This document shows positions 54,036-64,000 of a stretch of DNA of 64,000 nt, piece by piece (position 1 is the stretch's first letter; the number at the start of each line of letters is the position of its first letter). The translations under genes were made by a program, and so were the position numbers. The stretch covers positions 1 to 64,000 of the forward strand of contig NIVC01002876.1 in NCBI GenBank assembly GCA_002269645.1, in the 5' to 3' direction. The DNA comes from Macrostomum lignano. Taxonomy: Eukaryota. The notes under the pieces are model-generated. The model ran no database searches and was not told where the DNA came from. It was given only the letters and a program-made list of their open reading frames with translations.

Positions 54036-57000
54036 TCACAGATTGTCCCATTCGATCAGCAGGAATCGCCGCTTGCTCAGCTTAATCAGCGAGGCGCCGC
54101 AGCCGGGCAGGACGCAGCTGTCGCGACTCAGCGGCGCGTCCAAAGCCACTTTCGACTCCGCCGCCGACGTGTGACGCCGCAGATTCAGTGTGACCCGACC
54201 GGCGGACAATGCCTGATTCACCTGGTCAGGCGTCATCTGGCCGAGGCTTCCGTTGCCGCCATCCTCGGCTAGCAGGGACAGCAGCAGCTGGCGCAGACTG
54301 ACGCCGTCGCGCCAAGCCAGGCGACGCCGACACGAGCTCAACCGGTCGCCGCCGCGGCTGGGACTTTCCGACAGCACGCCGGCGGCCAGGTCAGCCGGGG
54401 TCAGGCTGGCCAGGGCGGCGGAATCTTCGCCGAATAGTATGCTGGTCCACTTGCGGGCCGCCGCCAGCCCGGCTTCTGGAGGGATTGGCATGGTTTGGGA
54501 CTGAGATAAGAGACTGTGTGCGTGGGGTGGGTAGGTTGGAGTGCGCATTGGGGTGGGGGTGGGTGGGTTGTAGTGTACATTGAGGTGGGTGTATATGGTG
54601 GGGTGGGTGGGTTGGAGTGCACATTGAGGTGGGTGTATATGGTGGGGTGGGTGGGTTGGAGTGTACATTGGGTGGGCAGGTTGGAGTGCACATTGGGGTG
54701 GGTGGAGCTAGAGTGTATATGAAAGGGTGGCACCGTACACTAATGTGATTACACAGACCGGGCCGCAGTATTAAGCGAATCCCTCCCAGCTCCCTCACCC
54801 CCATGCAGCAGCAATGTGACGCCATCGGCCAGCGTAGTCTGCGCCTCGTACCGCTCCGGCGCCGCTGCGTGTCGTTCGCAGAGTTCGGCCACCTGCCGAT
54901 CACTTAAAAATGTGAATAGACGAAGCAAACGGCCCACATCGGCATCTGGCGTGTTGCGCAATCTCTGCAAAGCGGATAGAAAAAACAGGAGCCAGTCAGG
55001 TAACTTCTCAATGAACGTCTTAGAGTCACTCGCGTCGCCCCAGAGTCGCTTCAGATGACGCAGGTAAAATAGAAAAGGAGTGACTCTTAAGCGACTCTAA
55101 AACGAGATGTCACGGTACAAGTGGCCAAAAAGTCGTTAGAGTCGCCCAAGAGTCAATTTGAGGTGTTTTGTTGTCCGCCACTCTGAAGCGACGATCTGGG
55201 GCGACGGTATGACGACTCTGGGGCCGTGGAGTCATAGTTGAGGCGTGTCAGAGCCCCTGCCTGTAGAGTCACAGAGTTGTGCATTTGAAGATCGAAGCGC
55301 ATTTGCGTCGCATGATGAAGTTAAGTCACAGGTTTAGAAACACAGAACGATTCTTGGACGGCTCTTTCGCGACTCTTTTACAATTCTACAAATCACGTGA
55401 CGCGCTTGTGACGCAATAGTCACCTCTCCGTCGCATTAGACGCGTTTGAGTCGCTAAAAAGTTACAAAACCCGGGATTTTTCAATGCCATTCACATTAAT
55501 CAGCCTCGCACCTGGTAAAGCGCAAACGGTGAAGTTCGCTCGGAGCTCAGCCACACAGTGTCGGCCAGTTGGTCGCTTTTGCCCAGCTTCTGTCCATCGC
55601 TGGTGGTCAGCAGCGGCACGGTCAGGCCGAAGGCGAGGACGCCTGACTGCTCGGAGCGGCGCAGGCAGGTCAGGCCGGTGTCGATGTTGCCGGTCTGGTC
55701 GTTGCCGCCGATCTGATAAATTGGATATATTTGAAAGATATTTAAAGCTAGTAATTAGCATACACGCCATGAACTTAAGATAGATTTAGGCACCAACCTG
55801 CACCAGACATCCGTAAGTTTTGTACAAGTGCAACCAATCGTAGGCTTGGAACAGAGGATAGAGAAACTCCTTAACGCTCATGCCGTGCTTAGAATTCAGT
55901 CTAGTCTGCACTGAGTGCTTGCCTAGCAGATCGTGCAGCCGAGCGCCGCTTAGCTGACCGGAAAGAAATTCTGTGGCGCTCAAATTGGCATGCCAGGACT
56001 GGTTGTTGAGGACTCTGTGCAAGGGTTTTAATGAGTTGCAGAATAACAAATGCACACACAATATACACACAATAAGAAATTATTTATTGACTTAAACGTA
56101 TTTGTTTTCGGAAGTTTTTTTCTATCCATAACTCAGTACTTAATCATTATCCTAGCGTTCTATACTTATCTAGGACTTTTAATATTTATCCAGGTATTCC
56201 GATCTTTATCCTAGTAGTTCAATCTTTATCCGGGTATTTTCAATATTTATCCAGGCATTTCAACCATTATCCAGGTAGTTCAATCTTTATCCAAGTAGTT
56301 CAATCTTTATCCAAGTAGTTCAATCTTTATCCAAGTAGTTCAATCTTTATCCAAGTAGTTCAATCTTTATCCAAGTAGTTCAATCTTTATCCAGGTATTT
56401 TCAATCTTTATCCAGGTATTTTCAAACTTGATCGATGTATTATCAATATTTATTCAGGTAGTTTAATCTCTGTCCAGGTATTTTCAATCTTTATCCAGGT
56501 ATTTTTTAATCTTTATCCAGGTATTTCAATCTTTATACAGGTATTTCAATCCTTATCCAGGTATTTTCAATCCTTATCCAGGTACTTTCAATCTTTATCC
56601 AGGCATTTTAATCTTTATCAAAGGTGTAAGTCCTTATACAAGCGTTTTTATCTATCTTTATCCAAGTGGTTTAATCGAGACCCAAGACAGTCGGACTGTG
56701 ACTGGCCATGTTAATACGAGTAGACACAGACAACAGTGGCCAATGGTATGCTTGTGATTCACAAGCAGATTAGCCGCCTAAAGTTGGAGCAATCCAAGGC
56801 TATTCAGCATTAAGATGCGCTCGTAAATCATCATATATTCCAAGCCAAGCTAGCGATGACAGGCCAATCAGAAAATGTAAACCGTACTTCGTAATTCAAC
56901 AACTTTTTCGTACAATTAATACAGCAACTGCGACTACCAATATACGCTAGCATTGCCTGGCAACTTGATTGATGAGGCGTTGGGAGGCTGGAAATTGGCG

Positions 57001-57319
57001 GATCGGCGCTGGGCCTGCGCCTATAGTCATCTATATTAGGAGCTAATAATAATAATAATATGGTAAAAACAATACTAATACATATCTTTTTTGTCTAACG
57101 CGTTCTAGCCAATTATTATTTACGAAAGTCCGAAAGTCGACAGTGCATTCTCAGCCTAGACTATTATAAGTATTATCTACAGGCGTATGCAATATTACAC
57201 ATAATTTCTTGCTTACTAAATGGTGTATAATACAAGCAGTAACACTTGTGCTAGATAACTAATCATCGGTCTATTTGGTTAGAAAGACTGTAGTACGATA
57301 GAAGTGGAGCCATGAAATC

Positions 57320-57402
<83 letters not shown>

Positions 57403-57407
57403 TACTA

Positions 57408-57452
<45 letters not shown>

Positions 57453-57455
57453 CTA

Positions 57456-57504
<49 letters not shown>

Positions 57505-57507
57505 CTA

Positions 57508-57564
<57 letters not shown>

Positions 57565-58276
57565 AACAGACAGATAGACACTGCGGAACTCACACGGCCT
57601 CGCCCGGACGCGCCCCATCACAGCAGAAATATTTCCCATGATTATCCGCAATGCCGGCCAGCTGCCGTCCAATGCTGGCCGAATTTTCTTCGACATCGCG
57701 CTCGGCCAGCCGGACCCGGTCGGACATTCGGCCGGACGGATCGCCGATTCGGGCGGTGGCGCCGCCGACAACAAAGATGGCGCCGTGGCCAAGCGAGCGC
57801 AGCCGCAGCAGGCCAACAATGGCCAGCAAATTGCCCAGGTGCAAACTGTTGGCCGTCGGGTCGAAGCCGCAATAGAAATAGCGACCGCCGGACGCCGAAT
57901 TCAGGTATTCGTTAAAGTACTTCTCACTGCGGAGGGTGGGTGAGGTCAATTGAGGTCACATGAGGTCATTTAAAGTTAATTGAGATTAAATGAGATCATT
58001 TGAGGTCAGGTGAGGTCAGTTGAGGTTAAGTAAGGTCATTTGAGGTCAGCTCGAATGAGCTCGTCTCCCTACACCCTTCCTGGTTCCGCCAATACACAAT
58101 CCTGTACATGTCCACATTGAAGATAAAAATCGCAAGGCGACAAACCTTTTCAAAGGCAGCACAGCCTGAAAGCAGCCGCGATCAAGCAGTGCCCGGACCG
58201 ATTCGGCCGCGCTGCCACCGCCAGCGGACAGACAGCGGCGGCACAGGCGGCCAGGTAAATTTATTATTGGGCGCAT
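54036..58276 (-). CDS. YARS2: Mitochondrial tyrosyl-tRNA synthetase (~495 aa)
   Basis: Exons 58276-58146, 57926-57594, 56014-55798, 55712-55512, 54964-54799, 54475-54036; phases 2,2,0,0,1, total 1488 nt. [15 protein letters not shown] (HIGH), LQAYDW-like [23 protein letters not shown] (KMSKS); Arg-rich targeting-like N-terminus. Confidence 0.95.
54515..54715 (+). repeat. ~44-bp GT-rich repeat in YARS2 intron 5
   Basis: gggtgggtgggttggagtgcacattgaggtgggtgtatatggtg units. Confidence 0.85.
56165..56625 (+). repeat. 20-21-bp minisatellite (ttcaatctttatccaagtag), degenerate edges, YARS2 intron 2
   Basis: Direct reading. Confidence 0.9.
57318..57580 (+). repeat. (CAGA)n microsatellite next to the YARS2 exon 2 donor
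   Basis: Direct reading. Confidence 0.96.
57940..58050 (+). repeat. 10-bp repeat (tgaggtca..) in YARS2 intron 1
   Basis: Direct reading. Confidence 0.8.
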
Positions 58277-58489
58277 AAAATATGCCAGTTGTTTGAAGTA
58301 TAAATATTTAGGCTGTTTTATTAGATAGTATATTGCAGAAAAATTATGTAATGAAAAATCGCTACTGTTCTACTCCACTGCTACTGTGAGTACCAATTTC
58401 AACGCTTAAAAGGAATGCTGTTTGTTAAATTAATTCTGCTGCAAATTCTCACCGTTACTTGTGATATAACTGCTAGATTATTACTACCT

Positions 58490-58588
58490 AAACCCACACT
58501 ACTGCTGCTACTACTGTTACTACCACTGCTACTACTACTACTACTGCTACTACTATTACTACTATTACTACTACTGCTACTACTACTG

Positions 58589-58630
<42 letters not shown>

Positions 58631-59005
58631 TTACTACTACTACTAGTGCTACAACTACTACTACTACTACTGCTACTACTACTACTATTACTACTATTAC
58701 TACTACTGCTACTACTACTACTACTACTGCTGCTACTACTACTATTACTACTACTGCTACTACTACTACTAATACTAATACTACTACTATTACTACTACT
58801 GCTACTACTACTGCTACTACTACTACTACTACTACTATTACTACTACTACTACTACTACTACTACTGCTACTACTACTACTACTGCTGCTACTACTACTA
58901 CTACTACTACTACTGCTACTACTTCTACTACTGCTACTACTGCTACTAATACTACTACTACTACTATTACTACTACTGCTACTACTACTACTACTACTAC
59001 TACTG

Positions 59006-59049
<44 letters not shown>

Positions 59050-59050
59050 G

Positions 59051-59084
<34 letters not shown>

Positions 59085-59098
59085 TGCTACTACTACTG

Positions 59099-59145
<47 letters not shown>

Positions 59146-59146
59146 G

Positions 59147-59196
<50 letters not shown>

Positions 59197-59215
59197 GCTA
59201 CTAATACTACTACTA
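58490..59215 (+). repeat. (ACT)n trinucleotide tract, ~240 triplets
   Basis: Direct reading; ~200 bp upstream of the YARS2 ATG. Confidence 0.98.
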
Positions 59216-59789
59216 AGAGTAGCAGTAATTTTTAGTACTACAGATAAGAAAAATATAAAATTTAAGATAAAATATTATGCCAATGCAACTGCTACAAGAT
59301 GTCGCAACTTGTTCGATTCCACTCCTGACTTCAGCCTAATAATAAAATCTGACTGAGCAGTTGCTGATCTGCTGATTTATTCAAAAAAACTCTCCGCTTA
59401 GCAAAAAAATTGAATCGCAGAAATTTCGGTGAAAATTTATTCTGGCGGTAACAAAATATGCTACAAAATATGTGTAAATAAAATAAAGCGGTAAGTTCTA
59501 TAGAAAGCTTGAGTAAGCATTTCACTATGAATAATAAAATGAAGAAACCATTGAATTGTTATTTATGATCCTCCAAGACTTTCTCAGATTCAAATCTCAT
59601 AATAAATGTAGAAAATGATTAAGTCAGCATTTAGAAAAAAAGAATAAGGAAGTCAATAGCGCATTGTGGCAACAGACACTCTCTTTAATTAAATAGTTTA
59701 GCACTGCATCTCTGTGCGACCAACTGCGTTTTTTCTGATTTCGTCTGCTAGAAAATTATATTTACCTCAGTCTCCCTGCTAATAACTAA

Positions 59790-61120
59790 TTAGCCTAACT
59801 CACAATCTCACCTGCTAAGAACCAATTAGCCTAACTCAAAATCTCACCTGCTAAGAACCAATTAGCCTAACTCAAAATCTCACCTGCTAAGAACCAATTA
59901 GCCTAACTCAAAATCTCACCTGCTAAGAACCAATTAGCCTAACTCAAAATCTCACCTGCTAAGAACCAATTAGCCTAACTCAAAATCTCACCTGCTAAGA
60001 ACCAATTAGCCTAACTCAAAATCTCACCTGCTAAGAACCAATTAGCCTAACTCAAAATCTCACCTGCTAAGAACCAATTAGCCTAACTCAAAATCTCACC
60101 TGCTAAGAACCAATTAGCCTAACTCAAAATCTCACCTGCTAAGAACCAATTAGCCTAACTCAAAATCTCACCTGCTAAGAACCAATTAGCCTAACTCAAA
60201 ATCTCACCTGCTAAGAACCAATTAGCCTAACTCAAAATCACACCTGCTAAGAACCAATTAGCCTAACTCAAAATCACACCTGCTAAGAACCAATTAAGAT
60301 ACCTCAAAATCTCAACCGCTAGGCATCAAACTACATTAAAGTTTCACCTGCTAAGAACCAAGCTACTCAAAATCTCACCCGCTAGGCATCAAAATACCTC
60401 AAAATCTCACCCGCTAGGCACATCAAACTACCTCAAAATCTCACCCACTAGTCATCAAACTACCTTAAAATCTCACCCGCTAGTCATCAAACTACCTCAA
60501 AATCTCACCCACTAGTCATCAAACTACCTTAAAATCTCACCCGCTAGTCATCAAACTACCTCAAAATCTCACCCGCTAGTCATCAAACTACCTCAAAATC
60601 TCACCCACTAGTCATCAAACTACCTTAAAATCTCACCCGCTAGTCATCAAACTACCTCAAAATCTCACCCGCTAGGCATCAAACTACCTTAAAATCTCAC
60701 CCGCTAGTCATCAAACTACCTCAAAATCTCACCCGCTAGTCATCAAACTACCTTAAAATCTCACCCGCTAGGCATCAAACTACCTCAAAATCTCACCCGC
60801 TAGGAATCAAACTACCTTAAAATTTCACCCGCTAGGAATCAAACTACCTAAAAATCTCACCCGCTAGTCATCAAACTACCTCAAAATCTCACCCGCTAGT
60901 CATCAAACTACCTTAAAATCTCACCCGCTAGGCATCAAACTACCTCAAAATCTCACCCGCTAGGAATCAAACTACCTTAAAATTTCACCCGCTAGGAATC
61001 AAACTACCTAAAAATCTCACCCGCTAGGCATCAAGCTATCTTAAAATTTCACCTGCTAAGAACCAAGCTAATCAAAGTCTCACCCGCTAGGAATGAAGCC
61101 ACCTCAAAATCTCACCCGTT
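59790..61120 (+). repeat. Compound minisatellite: a 36-bp array grading into a related 32-bp array
   Basis: accaattagcctaactcaaaatctcacctgctaaga (to ~60295), then tagtcatcaaactacctcaaaatctcacccgc. Confidence 0.96.
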
Positions 61121-61600
61121 GAAGATCAGTGTACCTCGAATTCCGCAAAAATAAAGCTATCATCGTTAATATTGTTAGTGTTTGTCATGAAAACAGGCTC
61201 ATGAAAGGTCGCACAGTTTAATTGGTCCATCAGGCATTTTGAATGCACGCAGCTATACAGAAAGCAGCAGATTTAACGGGCAGCAAATCAATGGAGTACA
61301 AATAAATACTGTAAAACTCAATTAAAGCGGCGGAAAGTACAACAAAAATGGACATGGCTAGATAGATATAATATATGACGATTCATACTAAACCCACTAA
61401 TGTATAATTCACATTAATACTGATATGTCAGTTTTCACTTGCAAATTATAGAGATATTTTTAATAGTAGGTAGCTACCGTATACATATACATAAATTTAT
61501 AAAAAATTGTGGAGATACTGAATTGCATTAGAATACTTGTCAAATAATAACTATTAATATTATTAATACGGTGTTGCAAAAGTTTACGGACTGTGTATAG

Positions 61601-61960
61601 GGTCGCTGTAGCCCAGTGGTCTAGCGCGGCGCTCTGAAGTGCCAGCGGCCCAGGTTCGATTCCAACTGCAGTCACATTAATTTGGGGCTGAATTGGAATC
61701 TCGGCTTGGCTCTGCTCGTGCAATTAACGCCATTGAGGCCCAACCCCCAAGGCACAGTGAAGTGTACATGCCTAACGATAAATAAAGTTAGGGCCGCTGT
61801 GCACTCCTGTGTGAGTGTGTGCCTGTGCGTGTGACTGCGTACGTATCCGCGCGCTTGTGTGCCTGCTCAGGGGAGTCGGCGGAATGGGCAGTAATGCTTC
61901 TTGCCGGTTGTGTGACAATTTCGCTTAAAGTGCGCCAGGGTGCACGTAACCCCCCTGCCT
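61601..61960 (+). mobile_element. tRNA-derived SINE family A, near full length
   Basis: Head ggtcgctgtagcccagtggtctagcgc..ctctgaa..ggttcgattcc (A and B boxes, unpaired acceptor stem), followed by the body shared with the 9150 and 27860 copies. Confidence 0.85.
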
Positions 61961-62059
61961 CTGATAAATAACTCCAGACTGTATGCTGCCACAGACAACT
62001 CGCTGGTTGAACATCGCAGGGAAAATGACGAGAAGGCGAGGCACAGAGCAACTTGCACT

Positions 62060-62250
62060 TCGGCGCATTTGAAGGCTGCGTACGGCTGTTCAGTCCAAGG
62101 ACTGGGGGTCGCCACACACCCTCAAATACCCCAGCTAATGCTGGCACCCATTTTACAGCTGGGTGAACTGAAGCAATGCAGAGTTAAGTGTCTTGCTCAA
62201 GGAAACAAATTATTCAGAGTGGGTCGAGAATCGAACCCCCGACCACTAGG
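62060..62250 (-). mobile_element. SINE family B copy (head partly truncated)
   Basis: Closely similar to 52875-53070. Confidence 0.85.
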
Positions 62251-62834
62251 CAACAACGGCCCTCGTAGTAACGCTAACCTGATTAAGCTATCCATCCCTT
62301 TCATTAAAAAGCAAAGCAAAATGACCAGATTAAATTCCATTTTGAAAGCCAAAGAAACAAAGCAAACAACAAGAAACCGCAAAAACAAAGTTAGAAAAAA
62401 ATCAATAGCAGCGAAGAAGAAGAAAGAAGAACAAAGAAGAAATTTTTAAACGTCATTTGAATTTGAATTGAAGTCAATAAAATTGTTCAAGTGTCAACCA
62501 ATTCTCGCCGCAGGCACCAGAGACAAAAAATATGATTATCATATTCTCAGCTTCAAACAATTTCAAACCAACTCATGTTCTCATTGTTGCATAAGTCAGT
62601 CAACTCAAAGTTAAAAAATCTTATTCTGAAGGCACAGAGTATCAGCTTACTACGCCTAGCAACCTCGGGATTTGATAATAAGCATTGCTAAGGTATGCCG
62701 ATTTATGCGGGTCGTTAAGCGATTTCAGGATCTCTGGCGGATTTGAAGTGGATCTCAAGGGAATGAATTCAAGGCTGTTTTACGGGGGCGATTAGAGCCG
62801 ATATTTAGAGTAAGGTGGATTCGAGGCGCATTTT

Positions 62835-64000
62835 CATGCGGGTGGATTTGAGATGGTTTTCATGGGGGGATTTGAGATGGTTTCATGGGGGGGATTTGAG
62901 ATGGTTTTCATGGGAGATTTGAGATGGTTTTCATGGGGGGATTTGAGATGGTTTCATGGGAGATTTGAGATGGTTTCATGGGGGGATTTGAGATGGTTTC
63001 ATGGGGTGGATTTGAGATGGTTTTCATGGGGGGATTTGAGATGGTTTCATGGGAGGATTTGAGATGGTTTCATGGGGGGATTTGAGATGGTTTTCATGGG
63101 GGGATTTGAGATGGTTTCATGGGTGGATTTGAGATGGTTTTCATGGGGGGATTTGAGATGGTTTCATGGGAGGATTTGAGATGGTTTCATGGGGGGATTT
63201 GAGATGGTTTTCATGGGGGGATTTGAGATGGTTTCATGGGGGGATTTGAGATGGTTTCATGCGGGTGGATTTGAGATGGTTTTCATGGGGGGATTTGAGA
63301 TGGTTTCATGGGGGGATTTGAGATGGTTTTCATGCGGGTGGATTTGAGATGGTTTTCATGGGGGGATTTGAGATGGTTTCATGCGGGTGGATTTGAGATG
63401 GTTTTCATGCGGGTGAATTTGAGATGGTTTTCATGGGGGGATTTGAGATGGTTTCATGCGGGTGGATTTGAGATGGTTTTCATGCGGGTGAATTTGAGAT
63501 GGTTTTCATGGGGGGATTTGAGATGGTTTCATGGGGTGGATTTGAGATGGTTTTCATGCGGGTGAATTTGAGATGGTTTTCATGGGGGGATTTGAGATGG
63601 TTTCATGCGGGTGGATTTGAGATGGTTTTCATGCGGGTGGATTTGAGATGGTTTCATGGGGGGATTTGAGATGGTTTCATGGGGTGGATTTGAGATGGTT
63701 TTCATGCGGGTGAATTTGAGATGGTTTTCATGGGGGGATTTGAGATGGTTTCATGGGGGGATTTGAGATGGTTTCATGCGGGTGGATTTGAGATGGTTTT
63801 CATGCGGGTGGATTTGAGATGGTTTCATGGGGGATTTGAGATGGTTTTCATGCGGGTGGATTTGAGATGGTTTCATGGGAGGATTTGAGATGGTTTTCAT
63901 GGGAGATTTGAGATGGTTGTCATGGGGGGTTTGAGATGGTTTCATGGGGAGGATTTGAGATGGTTTCATGGGGGGATTTGAGATGGTTTCATGCGGGTGG
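62835..64000 (+). repeat. 23-26-bp minisatellite (gtggatttgagatggttttcatgcgg), runs off the window end
   Basis: Direct reading. Confidence 0.97.

Noticed and set aside
58415-59356. 313-aa poly-Leu ORF
   Set aside because: Translation of the (ACT)n microsatellite; no coding evidence.
61601-61675. tRNA gene (Gln-CTG-like loop); also 53043-53112 and ~28050-28115
   Set aside because: Acceptor or anticodon stems do not pair properly, and each head continues into a dispersed repeat body, so these are SINE heads.

Overview
Eukaryotic (animal) genomic DNA with GC-rich exons and introns or intergenic gaps filled by locus-private tandem repeats. This style suggests a free-living flatworm such as Macrostomum lignano, but the organism is inferred, not proven. 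All supported protein genes are on the minus strand, and I rebuilt their exon chains with consistent splice phases. From the right end of the window leftwards they are: mitochondrial tyrosyl-tRNA synthetase (YARS2, 6 exons); SprT/Spartan protease (SPRTN, one large exon with no ATG of its own); thimet oligopeptidase/neurolysin (M3 peptidase, 4 exons); a SCHIP1 homolog (6 exons, including a GC-AG cassette exon that repeats a conserved motif); a three-Ig-domain type I membrane protein; and two paralogous small secreted six-cysteine peptide genes, each with a G-rich minisatellite upstream. Mobile elements include a truncated RNase H-bearing non-LTR retrotransposon, an RTE-like fragment carrying a nested LINE 3' end with a 13-bp target-site duplication, two tRNA-derived SINE families, a palindromic MITE and a possible solo LTR. 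About 30 tandem arrays are present, the largest a 6.6-kb array of a 20-bp unit with higher-order structure. The most notable leads are a candidate YARS2-SPRTN-THOP1 operon in which SPRTN may take its start codon from a trans-spliced leader, the cysteine-rich peptide pair, and a strongly CpG-depleted block at the window start. There is no CRISPR array, rRNA or intact tRNA gene. All coordinates and counts are manual; repeat boundaries are approximate.
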